Counted from the stretch's first letter, positions 47,500-56,440 are shown. The stretch: 64,000 bases of DNA from an uncultured virus (IMG/VR IMGVR_UViG_3300042881_004430) (IMGVR_UViG_3300042881_004430:1-64000), one strand, 5' to 3'. Notes: generated from the letters alone by a model not told the origin. Program-made: numbers and translations.

Positions 47500-47641
47500 A
47501 AATTGTTTTAGTAAACAGTTCAAATCTAACTATGATGAGATTAACTGGAATAAACCAGTTAACAATGAACAGACCAGTAAACATCATGGAACTCAAAGAA
47601 AAAGACTTAAAAAAATACCACCAACCCAAAGTGGGGGATAA
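47474..47641 (+). CDS. small phage protein (55 aa, not in ORF track)
   Basis: MNGKGSNPR..FKSNYDEINW motif. Confidence 0.5.
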   Translation: MNGKGSNPRNCFSKQFKSNYDEINWNKPVNNEQTSKHHGTQRKRLKKIPPTQSGG

Positions 47642-47754
47642 TTTCCAAGCAGGAGACTTACTTCATTTGATTGACGACGAATATGTTGTCGTTTCAAAAG
47701 ATAATATCCTGATGAAGCAGACTATCAGCAAGTATAACAAAGTATATAGAAAAA

Positions 47755-48261
47755 ATGGAAAAAGATAAGGACGGTTATCTCTTGGTTCCCAAAGAATTCA
47801 CTCACAAAGGTTACCAGTTCAAGTTCATAAAAAAGCTTGAAGGCGGCTGGATGATCTACGAAAAGACAAAAGAGTCTACTAAAACTAAAAAATATGAATT
47901 GGTTAAGCCTAAGAGACAAGATCAATTCGTGTTTCATGGCAAAACTATTGAAGCCAAGTGGGTTTATCCTAATGATAATGCTTTCGGCAGGATTGGCTTT
48001 GATTGCCTTTCTCTTGATATTGCCATCAATAGGCATAAAGAAATCTTGGCTAATAAGCAAGAACAAGTTGAAAACACTCAAGCTGAATTAAAGATTCCAA
48101 AAGGAGAGTTTACCATGAAAGATCTCCTCGTTACAAATAAGATTCCATACCCAAAACTATATCTTAAAATTAAAGAAATGGTTCTTGGAAACACTATTAA
48201 GAAAGTCGGGGAAAGAAAAAATATCAGAGGTAAGCCTAGTGATGTTTTTAAATTGGTGTAA
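47755..48261 (+). CDS. hypothetical protein, possible C-terminal winged helix
   Basis: FTMKDL..KVGERKNIRGKPSDVF. Confidence 0.5.
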   Translation: MEKDKDGYLLVPKEFTHKGYQFKFIKKLEGGWMIYEKTKESTKTKKYELVKPKRQDQFVFHGKTIEAKWVYPNDNAFGRIGFDCLSLDIAINRHKEILANKQEQVENTQAELKIPKGEFTMKDLLVTNKIPYPKLYLKIKEMVLGNTIKKVGERKNIRGKPSDVFKLV

Positions 48262-48271
48262 TAAATAGTCT

Positions 48272-48523
48272 ATGGATGAACTTTTAGGAGCAGTAAAACT
48301 AATCGCTGGAAACTTTTGCCCTCATGACTATATGTATTGTGATGGGCAAATTTTACAAATCTCGCAATACCAAGCCTTGTATGCGCTAATAGGAAATCAA
48401 TATGGAGGAGATAAGATTCATACTTTTGCTCTTCCTAATTTAAATAAAACTCCAGTCATTCAAGGAACTACTTTGAAGTATATAATTTGTACTCAAGGGA
48501 TATTTCCTTCAAGACCAGATTAA
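48272..48523 (+). CDS. stand-alone phage tail collar domain protein
   Basis: GAVKLIAGNFCP..CDGQILQISQYQALYALIG..YGGD..FALPNL..YIIC..GIFP. Confidence 0.85.
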   Translation: MDELLGAVKLIAGNFCPHDYMYCDGQILQISQYQALYALIGNQYGGDKIHTFALPNLNKTPVIQGTTLKYIICTQGIFPSRPD

Positions 48524-48532
48524 AAAACACTC

Positions 48533-48555
48533 AAGCCGCCGAAAGGCGGCTTTTT
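48533..48555 (+). terminator. intrinsic terminator
   Basis: AAGCCGCC-GAAA-GGCGGCTT followed by Ts. Confidence 0.85.
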
Positions 48556-48572
48556 AGTGTAATAAAGTGTAT

Positions 48573-49856
48573 ATGTACGATCTAACTCCAAATCTTCCCC
48601 ATGTATCATCGAATTATATTTATGATACACTTTTGGAAAAATGGCGACCAATATTAGACTCTGATTTTGGTGGCGGCGTTGGCGGTAAAGACGCTTTTGG
48701 TAGACTTAGGATCTCTAATCCTGAGATGATCTTCAACAGTAAACAAATATTCGATAACCAACCTCTTTATTGGGACGACATTCAAGAGAGCGGGTCTGGA
48801 ACTTCCTCAGTCCATTCTGTAAATACCGCTTCTTCTACTCTTTCAGTATCTGCTACTACCGCTGGCAAAAGGACTCGTCAGACTTTTATGAGGTTTAATT
48901 ATCAACCTTCTAAGAGTCAATTAATATTCATAACAGGAATACTTAAAGCATCTGGCGGCGGGGCAGGAATTATTACCAGAATGGGATATTTTGATGATGA
49001 TAATGGATTATTTTTAGAATGCAATGCTGGAATTATTAATTTAGTAAGGAGAACAAAAACTTCTGGTTCAGCGCAAGACAACACAATTCCTCAATCTTCT
49101 TGGAATCTTGACAAAATGGATGGCACAGGATCAAGTAGGATTTCTTTAGATTTTACAAAAACTCAAATTTTCATGATGGACTTTGAATGGCTTGGAGTTG
49201 GAAGAGTTAGATTTGGATTTAATGTTGAAGGAACTACTTATTATGTCCATGAGCTTTCTGCTGCGAACAGCTTAACGACAGTTTACATGTCTACTCCTAA
49301 CCTACCTTTGCGATATCAAATAATTAATGACGGGACAGGGATAGTTTCTTCAATTAATTGTATTTGTTCTGCGGTAATTAGCGAAGGAGGCAGAGAAGAA
49401 GTCGCTACAAATTCTTATATTTCAACAGGAGGTACATCTGTCCAAGCTACTAAAAACGTTACAAATGCAGTATTAGCGACAAGATTAAAGACAGGATTTT
49501 TAGGAGCTACAATTGATATCTTAGACCTTAGTTTGCTCACTACTAGCAATGATAATTATGAATGGCAATTATATTTAAATCCCTCTGGGATAAATGGATT
49601 AACATTCACTGGCGTTACTAATTCTGCATTAGAATACAGTGTTGCAGCAAATGGAACTCTTATTTCTGGAGGATTTAGTATCGCTGGTGGGTATGCTCAA
49701 GCAAAAACAAGCATCCAAGCTGATTCTTTAAAGTCTTTAATGAAATTAGGATGTTCCATTACGGGTAAAAGAGATGTCCTTGTTCTGTCTTGCTTGCCTT
49801 TAGGTTCTTCTGATTCTGTGGTATATGGTGCTATCAATTATAGGGAATTTAATTAA
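48573..49856 (+). CDS. putative virion structural protein
   Basis: DAFGRLRIS..RQT..YQP.KSQ..WNLDKMDGTG..EWLGVGRVRFGF pattern of phage structural proteins; follows a GTGTA motif. Confidence 0.6.
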   Translation: MYDLTPNLPHVSSNYIYDTLLEKWRPILDSDFGGGVGGKDAFGRLRISNPEMIFNSKQIFDNQPLYWDDIQESGSGTSSVHSVNTASSTLSVSATTAGKRTRQTFMRFNYQPSKSQLIFITGILKASGGGAGIITRMGYFDDDNGLFLECNAGIINLVRRTKTSGSAQDNTIPQSSWNLDKMDGTGSSRISLDFTKTQIFMMDFEWLGVGRVRFGFNVEGTTYYVHELSAANSLTTVYMSTPNLPLRYQIINDGTGIVSSINCICSAVISEGGREEVATNSYISTGGTSVQATKNVTNAVLATRLKTGFLGATIDILDLSLLTTSNDNYEWQLYLNPSGINGLTFTGVTNSALEYSVAANGTLISGGFSIAGGYAQAKTSIQADSLKSLMKLGCSITGKRDVLVLSCLPLGSSDSVVYGAINYREFN

Positions 49857-49891
49857 TTAAGCTGTTTTAATTATATTGTGTAATAATAGGC

Positions 49892-50848
49892 ATGAAGAAA
49901 CTTCTGTTCCTGCCTTTCGTCCTGTTAATACTAACTGGATGCTTCTCTACAATTAAACCTTCTAAACAGATAGACGACAATCAAAAGGTCATTGCTAAAG
50001 AAGAGAAGAAAGTAGATAATACTCTAGTTGAAATGGAGAAAAACGACAAAGGCAAGAGGATTCAAACCTCTGGTCTTTCTGTCGGAATTCAGCATTCTCT
50101 CAATCAGATAACTAATGCCCCCGTTCAAGTAGATACTGCCAGAAAGTTAAATGAAAGAGTAATCTCTATTGTTGGTTCTCCTCATATTGATGAAATGAAG
50201 AGAATAAAGGCTACAGTTGATCTTTTAAACTCTGCTTTAGTTGAAGAGCGCAAAAAAGGAGAAGAACTTTTAGCTCAACGCGACGACATAATTAATAAAT
50301 TACAGAAAGAAAAGTCAGAGCTAAATCAAAAATACGATGATCAACTTTGGCAACTAACTGACAAAGCCAAAGAAGTCGCCAAAGAAGCAGATCAAAATAA
50401 AGCAGTGTTAGATTCAATGAGCGGAATGTTTGGTCTTAATGCTGTATTTTGGGGGTTAAAGAAGTTTGTTATTAGCACATTAACTACAATTATTATATTT
50501 GTAGTTGTTTTCGTTATCCTCCGTCTTCTTGCAACTGTTCACCCTGCTGCCGCTGCTGCATTTTCAATCTTTAATATGTTGGGGTCAGCATTGATTTCTG
50601 TATTAAAAGCTTTAACTCCTAAAGCTTTTGAAATGTCTAATTTCACTTCAAAAGACAAAGTAGAAGAATTTAAAGCCCCACTTGTTAAGATTGTTGACGT
50701 TATACAAGATCTTAAAGAAAGACAAAAAGAATTTCCAGATAGAGTTTATCCAATAACAGAAGCACTAAAAAGATTCGATAAAGAAATGGATAGAGATGAA
50801 AAAGACCTAATAGACGAAATTCTAAAAGAACAAAAGTGGATTAAATAA
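49892..50848 (+). CDS. lipoprotein with coiled coil and C-proximal TM segments (spanin-like)
   Basis: Lipobox LILTG-C; long coiled coil; hydrophobic TIIIFVVVFVIL. Confidence 0.55.
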   Translation: MKKLLFLPFVLLILTGCFSTIKPSKQIDDNQKVIAKEEKKVDNTLVEMEKNDKGKRIQTSGLSVGIQHSLNQITNAPVQVDTARKLNERVISIVGSPHIDEMKRIKATVDLLNSALVEERKKGEELLAQRDDIINKLQKEKSELNQKYDDQLWQLTDKAKEVAKEADQNKAVLDSMSGMFGLNAVFWGLKKFVISTLTTIIIFVVVFVILRLLATVHPAAAAAFSIFNMLGSALISVLKALTPKAFEMSNFTSKDKVEEFKAPLVKIVDVIQDLKERQKEFPDRVYPITEALKRFDKEMDRDEKDLIDEILKEQKWIK

Positions 50849-50856
50849 AAACTAAA

Positions 50857-51477
50857 ATGAACGAAATATTCTCAAATATAAAGAAATATTTATTAGTTAT
50901 CCTTTTACCAACTGCGCTTTTAGTTATTCTTTCAATATCTTGTTTAAAAGATATAGAAAAAGCATTTGTTAGATTTAGATTTGGTAGAGATATAACTCTC
51001 TACCTTAGAAAGTCTACAGACCATTTAACATATCTTGGTGCTGCATATACGGCTACTGGTGATAAAAAGTTTATAGAGCAATTCAACGGTCATCTGAAAG
51101 AAAGAGAAAAGTATTTTAATAATGAAGTTTTTATTTCCAAAATACTTACTCAAGAGGAATTAAAAGAGTTTCGAGTTTGCTTGGATATAAGCAATGAATT
51201 AGCAAAAGATGTAGAAGGACCAGCTTTTGAAAAAATGGACAGCAAAGCGTTCTTTAGTGAAAAATATTTAGATTACAAAAAGAGAATATACGAGAGCAAA
51301 GATAAATTTAGAACCTTGATTAATGATAGCTCAGAAACGAAAATCAAAGAAGAAACGCAATTATTAAATATATACTTATATAGTTTGTGTTTAATTATTA
51401 TTGCGTTAGTGTATTTAATTAAACATGATAACCATCCCGTCGCCCAAAAGAAACCTATAAAGAAAAAGAAAAAGTAA
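50857..51477 (+). CDS. two-TM membrane protein with helical extracytoplasmic domain
   Basis: N- and C-terminal TMs; STDHLT..YTATGD..F..SNELA resembles chemoreceptor-type sensor domains. Confidence 0.5.
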   Translation: MNEIFSNIKKYLLVILLPTALLVILSISCLKDIEKAFVRFRFGRDITLYLRKSTDHLTYLGAAYTATGDKKFIEQFNGHLKEREKYFNNEVFISKILTQEELKEFRVCLDISNELAKDVEGPAFEKMDSKAFFSEKYLDYKKRIYESKDKFRTLINDSSETKIKEETQLLNIYLYSLCLIIIALVYLIKHDNHPVAQKKPIKKKKK

Positions 51478-51478
51478 T

Positions 51479-51805
51479 ATGGAACAGTTGCAAAAGATGG
51501 GAATTCAATTAGGTTTCTTGATTAGCGGTTTGTTTGGGGCTATTTTGATGGCTACAAAAAATGAAAAAACCGATGTAAAATCTGTAGTCTTGTCTCTTGT
51601 TGGCGGAATGTCTGCCGCAAACTTCTTGACTCCTGTTCTGGTTGATGCTCTAAATATCGCTAATGTCAAGCACCAAAATGGCGTTGCTTTTATTGCTGGA
51701 TTTTTAGGTTTAAAGCTTGTAGAGTTAATAAGTGAAAAATTCTTAGAAAAAATTAACGGATCTTCAAAAGGAAAAATTAAGAAAAGAAAACCAAGAAAAA
51801 GTTGA
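51479..51805 (+). CDS. putative holin
   Basis: 108 aa, three hydrophobic segments, highly basic C-terminus. Confidence 0.55.
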   Translation: MEQLQKMGIQLGFLISGLFGAILMATKNEKTDVKSVVLSLVGGMSAANFLTPVLVDALNIANVKHQNGVAFIAGFLGLKLVELISEKFLEKINGSSKGKIKKRKPRKS

Positions 51806-51840
51806 CAACCATCAAGTTTGCCCGATAATATTCCAAATAT

Positions 51841-52017
51841 ATGGACAATTCATTAAAACTCGTTCAACAGCTTATAGAAGCTAGTTATGAGAAAGATCGC
51901 CAAGATAAACTCGCTGATAATTCTAAAATTGGAGAATCTTTCTTTACTCATTACTTGAAGGTTCTTAAGAATTGCATGGAAGAAGAGTATGCAAAAATCA
52001 AAGAGCAAAAAAATTAA
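51841..52017 (+). CDS. small hypothetical protein (58 aa)
   Basis: Follows TTGACA at 51802; translated by hand. Confidence 0.45.
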   Translation: MDNSLKLVQQLIEASYEKDRQDKLADNSKIGESFFTHYLKVLKNCMEEEYAKIKEQKN

Positions 52018-52165
52018 CAATGAATATTCCCGAGCTTGGGACGATCTATACAAGGATCTGCCCAAGTGGAAGAAAGACATCATTGACATGGCAAAAGAAT
52101 CTAAGAAAGAAGATTCGTTTTACGTCGAGTTCATAAAAGAAGTTATTAGAAAAGCCGAAAAGTAA
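51989..52165 (+). CDS. small hypothetical protein (58 aa)
   Basis: Translated by hand; overlaps the previous ORF. Confidence 0.4.
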   Translation: MQKSKSKKINNEYSRAWDDLYKDLPKWKKDIIDMAKESKKEDSFYVEFIKEVIRKAEK

Positions 52166-52171
52166 TCTCTT

Positions 52172-52600
52172 GTGAAAAAATCTCATTTAGAAAAGTGCGT
52201 AAGTCTTACAAAAGCTTTGCGAGAGACAGACTCTAAACTGAGGTGCCAACACTTTTCATTTATCTTTCACAAGAACAGAATAATTACTATTGGCAAAAAT
52301 TCTAATAAGAGCAATCCAACCAATCAAAAGAACCCCAAGACCGGCTTAAATGGTGAATTAGTAAAGGATAAATATACCTGCTCTGAGCTTAACGCTTTTA
52401 TCAAATTTAAAAACCTTACTAATATTGACTTTACTAAAACCAATCTTGTCACCACTAGGATTGATAGAAACGGCAAGATCAGAAACTCTAAACCTTGCAC
52501 TTCCTGCCAGAATTTGATTAAATTTCTGAATCCGAAGAAAATATTTTACTCCGTTGATTCAAACGGAGACAATAAATTTGAAGAATATGTTCAACCTTGA
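52172..52600 (+). CDS. Zn-dependent deaminase-fold protein
   Basis: HFSFIF..GKN..CSELNA..RI..NSKPCTSC. Confidence 0.7.
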   Translation: MKKSHLEKCVSLTKALRETDSKLRCQHFSFIFHKNRIITIGKNSNKSNPTNQKNPKTGLNGELVKDKYTCSELNAFIKFKNLTNIDFTKTNLVTTRIDRNGKIRNSKPCTSCQNLIKFLNPKKIFYSVDSNGDNKFEEYVQP

Positions 52601-53189
52601 TAATCTAACCTGTCTAAAATTAAATAAAAATTGGATGGGTATCGGGACTGAAGGCATTGAAACTGCCATCAGTAAGGTATTCAAAGGTTCATATCTTGCT
52701 ATGGATGTTAATTATCCTTTAGTGGATGGAGAATATGATTTTGAAAACCCAGACTACAGACCAGTTTCATGGGAAATTTGGGAGACTTTGCCAGTGCGCC
52801 ATTTTGATTATTCGATCTCCTCTCCTTATCAGACGTTTCGCATTCCAACGGTCGTCATCAGTAAAAACTTCTCAAAGATTCCAATCTACCATACTAAATT
52901 AACTAAAAAGGCTATCCTTGAAAGAGACAACTGGACCTGTCAATACACAGGTCGAAGATTGTCGAAGGAAGAAGCAAATATAGATCACCTGATCCCTGTC
53001 TCAAAGAATGGCAAGAACACTTGGGAAAACATGGTAGCTTGCGATAAAAGAATTAATAGTTTAAAATCTAATAAAACTCTTGAAGAATTTGGGATTCCTT
53101 TAATTAAAAAGCCAAAGAAACCCAATTCTCATCCTTTTATCATTAATATAGAGAGTAAGCACAGAGACTGGCAGTGGTTTCTTTACTAA
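52587..53189 (+). CDS. HNH endonuclease (McrA-like)
   Basis: ILERDNWTCQYTG..IDHLIPVSKNG..WENMV..N..K. Confidence 0.85.
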   Translation: MFNLDNLTCLKLNKNWMGIGTEGIETAISKVFKGSYLAMDVNYPLVDGEYDFENPDYRPVSWEIWETLPVRHFDYSISSPYQTFRIPTVVISKNFSKIPIYHTKLTKKAILERDNWTCQYTGRRLSKEEANIDHLIPVSKNGKNTWENMVACDKRINSLKSNKTLEEFGIPLIKKPKKPNSHPFIINIESKHRDWQWFLY

Positions 53190-53190
53190 T

Positions 53191-53418
53191 ATGTTACAAA
53201 AGATTCAGCAATCAATCCAAGAAGCTCAAGGCAGAGGGTACAAGTTGGGCGAGCATTTTAATGCCGTGATCATTCCTTCTAATCTTCTTGACGAATTTGA
53301 GAAAGAATTAAACTCTCATTTGAGTACATCAACTACTGAATCGAAGAATATGGTTTTTGGTTTGGAGGTGCTGGTCTGCGGGAAAAACGAGCAGATCAGA
53401 TTCGGAAAGATTTTCTAA
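53191..53418 (+). CDS. hypothetical protein
   Basis: In-operon ORF. Confidence 0.45.
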   Translation: MLQKIQQSIQEAQGRGYKLGEHFNAVIIPSNLLDEFEKELNSHLSTSTTESKNMVFGLEVLVCGKNEQIRFGKIF

Positions 53419-53427
53419 ACTCCCCTC

Positions 53428-53456
53428 TTGACCTTTTCAAAAGCTTAGTTTAGCCT
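53428..53456 (+). promoter_or_regulatory. sigma70-like promoter TTGACC-N17-TAGCCT
   Basis: 17-nt spacer; ATG 8 nt downstream. Confidence 0.55.
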
Positions 53457-53464
53457 GTCTGCCG

Positions 53465-53713
53465 ATGAGTGAACTCTTGAAGACCAGAGGCCGTCCTACG
53501 GGAGGCAAAAACCTTGTATTCGTTAGCATTTCGCAGCTTCGTGAGAAGATGACCGATGCAGCGAGAATTCCAGTCAGCATCAAGTTCGCCAAACAGGTGA
53601 ACCTAGTCGATGATGGCGAAAGCATCCCTCAAACCCCAACCCCTTCCAATCAGGTAGCTCCTGCGAAGGAAGAAAAGCCAGTCGTTTCTTTTTCAGTTTC
53701 GGAAGAATTTTAA
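53465..53713 (+). CDS. hypothetical protein (RGRP AT-hook-like N-terminus)
   Basis: KTRGRPTGGKN. Confidence 0.5.
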   Translation: MSELLKTRGRPTGGKNLVFVSISQLREKMTDAARIPVSIKFAKQVNLVDDGESIPQTPTPSNQVAPAKEEKPVVSFSVSEEF

Positions 53714-53714
53714 T

Positions 53715-54677
53715 ATGAACAATCGCTTTGATACAATCATTGGTCAGGATGCAGTTAAGAATAAGTTAGATTTTTATCTTGATATTTACGAGAAGAGTCA
53801 AATCTCTCCTAATTTTCTTTTTGTCGCCCCGCGAGGATCTGGCAAGACTACAATTGCAAAGCAGTATGCTAGAAATCTTATTAAAGCAGATAAATCTAAG
53901 TGCAAGCCACTTATTGAGATTAACTGTGCAACTATCGGTTCATCCGAGAGTTTCTTTAATGATGTCTATGTTCCTGCGATAGCCAATAAAGAAGTCACTG
54001 TGCTTTTTGATGAAGCCAGCGAATTGCCCAAAAGCCTTCAGATTAATTTCTTGAGTCTTTTTAATCCTAATCCTGCTAATAGAAACACTCTTAATCTTCC
54101 AGATTATTCTGTTGATTTTGATTTTGCTGTTCAGAGGTTCTTGTTCTGCACAACTGAGCCTCAGTTGATTTTTCATGCTCTTCTTGATCGCCTTGAGAGA
54201 GTTGAGCTTCAAGAGTATTCTCACGGTGATCTTTCTCAGATAATTAAGAAGAGTGTGAATTGTGAATTTGATGAAGAATCTCTTTATGACATTTCTTCTT
54301 GTTTGAGGGGCAACGCTCGACAGGCTCAAGTCATGGCTAACAAGATTGACTCTTATTTAAAAACAAAGCAAGAGAGGATCTTTACTAGTGATGACTGGCA
54401 GCTTCTAAAAGACAAGCTTAGTATCTTACCTCTGGGACTCAATCAAATTGAATTGAGAATCCTGCAAACTTTAAAGAGCAAACCAGAAATGACTCTCACT
54501 AATCTTTCTGCGATTATTGGAATGACTCGTTCCAGCTTGCAAAAGGATTTTGAAACTTGGTTATTGAGAAATAATCTGATACAAATTGCAGAAAAGGGTA
54601 GAATGCTTACAGGTAAAGGTCAAGAGTACCTGAAGCGTTATGAAGAAAAAGAAGAAGAATCAAATCAACCTTTTTGA
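53715..54677 (+). CDS. ruvB: Holliday junction branch-migration ATPase RuvB-like
   Basis: IIGQD, PRGSGKTT, LFDE, CTTE, RGNARQA, GLNQIE, GRMLT. Confidence 0.85.
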   Translation: MNNRFDTIIGQDAVKNKLDFYLDIYEKSQISPNFLFVAPRGSGKTTIAKQYARNLIKADKSKCKPLIEINCATIGSSESFFNDVYVPAIANKEVTVLFDEASELPKSLQINFLSLFNPNPANRNTLNLPDYSVDFDFAVQRFLFCTTEPQLIFHALLDRLERVELQEYSHGDLSQIIKKSVNCEFDEESLYDISSCLRGNARQAQVMANKIDSYLKTKQERIFTSDDWQLLKDKLSILPLGLNQIELRILQTLKSKPEMTLTNLSAIIGMTRSSLQKDFETWLLRNNLIQIAEKGRMLTGKGQEYLKRYEEKEEESNQPF

Positions 54678-54924
54678 CTTTTGTAAAGTATTAGATACTG
54701 ATTACGCTGAATATGGGGGGAAAATAACAAGAGCGGATGGCAATTATCGCTATCTTGATTGTAGTGCTGGCTGCAAGCATTTTATTCCTTTGTATGATAA
54801 AGCGAACAGAGATTTGAATTTAGACTATGGAGTCTGCACTAATCTTCGCAGCAAGAGGTGTGGACTCCTTACTTTTGAGCATCAAGCAGGATTTGGTTGT
54901 TTTGAAATTGAAGGGTACGAATAA
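54640..54924 (+). CDS. small Cys-rich hypothetical protein
   Basis: DCSAGCKHF..DYGVCTN..GLLTFEH..GC. Confidence 0.55.
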   Translation: MKKKKKNQINLFDFCKVLDTDYAEYGGKITRADGNYRYLDCSAGCKHFIPLYDKANRDLNLDYGVCTNLRSKRCGLLTFEHQAGFGCFEIEGYE

Positions 54925-54928
54925 ATTT

Positions 54929-54957
54929 TTGACAAATCTTGATGGCTTGCGTAAAAT
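54929..54957 (+). promoter_or_regulatory. sigma70-like promoter TTGACA-N17-TAAAAT
   Basis: Near consensus; ATG 8 nt downstream. Confidence 0.7.
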
Positions 54958-54965
54958 AAGGTGTT

Positions 54966-55661
54966 ATGAAAAGAATTCTAACATTATTGTCGTTGGTCGT
55001 CTCACTATTCGCAACTAAGGCTTTAGCCGAAAACGTAAAGGCGAGTACAGAGGCTGGCTATATGTCTCACTACATCGTAAACGGCGTTGCTCGTACTGAA
55101 GCGCAAGCTTTTGGTGCAGTAAATATTGGCGCAACTTATTTTGGAGTTGATGCCTATCTTGGAGGAACGATTATTCCCGTTTCTTCCGCTCTAGACGAGT
55201 CTCACTGGACTGCTGGCGTAGGAAAGGGATTTAAGATTGTAGAAGGCGTAACGGTTCGCCTAGACGGTCAGGCATTTCGCCACTTGACTGCGATTCCCGG
55301 TGCGCCAAATTCAACGGAGGTAGCAGGTATTCTTGCTCTTGAGAATATCGTCGCAACTCCTTATGTTAAGGGTACTCATGATCTAGATCTTGATCAGACT
55401 GGTTATGTTGTTGGCTTGAAGCGTCCTACTGATGTATTTGGTTGGTTTACTATCACTCCTCTCGTTGAGTATGGCAAGTTCACTGATTATGATTTCAAGA
55501 CGGCGAAGCTAACTGTTTCAAAGCTCCTATTTAATCATCTTGAGCCTTTTGCTGAAGTTGGCTATTATGATAACAACTTCGGTGTAAGCAAGTATAATTT
55601 TGCAATCAAGGAGTTGAATGATTCTGTGGTTGCAGTTGGTGGACTTAGGTGGAACTTCTAA
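54966..55661 (+). CDS. outer-membrane beta-barrel protein
   Basis: Sec signal peptide (..ALA-E), alternating amphipathic strands, C-terminal beta-signal GGLRWNF. Confidence 0.8.
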   Translation: MKRILTLLSLVVSLFATKALAENVKASTEAGYMSHYIVNGVARTEAQAFGAVNIGATYFGVDAYLGGTIIPVSSALDESHWTAGVGKGFKIVEGVTVRLDGQAFRHLTAIPGAPNSTEVAGILALENIVATPYVKGTHDLDLDQTGYVVGLKRPTDVFGWFTITPLVEYGKFTDYDFKTAKLTVSKLLFNHLEPFAEVGYYDNNFGVSKYNFAIKELNDSVVAVGGLRWNF

Positions 55662-55704
55662 AATGGGGATAAAGGTTTGCGGTGATCCTTAAAACCGCTT
55701 TATT

Positions 55705-55778
55705 GGGATATTAGTTTATTGGTAAAACGCCTTCCTTCCAAGTAGGAGTAGTCAGTTCAATTCTGTCATATCCCTCCA
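55705..55778 (+). tRNA. tRNA-Gly(TCC), two stem mismatches
   Basis: GGGATAT/ATATCCC acceptor, loop CTTCCAA, U73 discriminator, CCA; U-U mismatches in the anticodon and T stems. Confidence 0.8.
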
Positions 55779-56440
55779 TTTTTTTCAATGATACTCTCTA
55801 TAATATTTAAATATTTTTCGCACTTATCAGGTTTAAAATACTTCATACTAGAAACGTCTATAATACATAATTCGATATTTCGTTCCAAACAAGCTTGAAA
55901 TTTGCGATTATCATTATTTTGTATTTGTTTTAATTTATCTTCGCCATAAATTGGTTCGTAGTGGAAAACTCCATTAAGCTCAAAAGCTAGGCTAATAGCA
56001 GGAATATAAATATCTAACTCAGAATTAATTGCATCTTTTCTATTAAAATGAAACTCTAAATTAGGATATTTAGGTGGCAAAATTTGTTCCAAATATATTT
56101 CAAATTTAGATCTTCTGTATCCGCGAATTTTATGAGTATTGTTATAGTAAACCGCGCAAGATCTGGAGCAATACGAATTGGGACATTTTTTTAATTGATT
56201 AACTGTTTTAAAAAAAATTTTATTACAATTTTTACACTTTACTTCTTGTTTTGTAATTTTATTGTTATTAGAGCATTTTATCGAACAAAATTTAGCTTTT
56301 CGAAATTTATCTCCTTTTAAACTCATTTGTATTGCGTTTTTAGTAGCTTTGAATGGATTGCCACAAAACTCACACTGCAAATCTAGTAATTCTTTAGTTT
56401 TAGCTTTATTAAAATCTTCTTTTGAAAATAATTGTATCAT
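55766..56440 (-). CDS. Zn-finger plus PD-(D/E)XK/Vsr-type putative homing endonuclease
   Basis: CxxC..FCSxxC repeats; ELDIYIP..AFELNGVFHY..D..K; start taken at ATG 56440. Confidence 0.8.
   Translation of the reverse strand: MIQLFSKEDFNKAKTKELLDLQCEFCGNPFKATKNAIQMSLKGDKFRKAKFCSIKCSNNNKITKQEVKCKNCNKIFFKTVNQLKKCPNSYCSRSCAVYYNNTHKIRGYRRSKFEIYLEQILPPKYPNLEFHFNRKDAINSELDIYIPAISLAFELNGVFHYEPIYGEDKLKQIQNNDNRKFQACLERNIELCIIDVSSMKYFKPDKCEKYLNIIESIIEKNGGI

Noticed and set aside
48627..48665. LLEKWRPILD resembles the N-terminus of T4-like major capsid proteins
   Set aside because: The rest of the protein shows no gp23/HK97 features; probably coincidental
55677..55702. Hairpin GCGGT..ACCGC upstream of tRNA-Gly as a second tRNA or ribozyme
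   Set aside because: Too short and no cloverleaf; at most a weak terminator or processing hairpin
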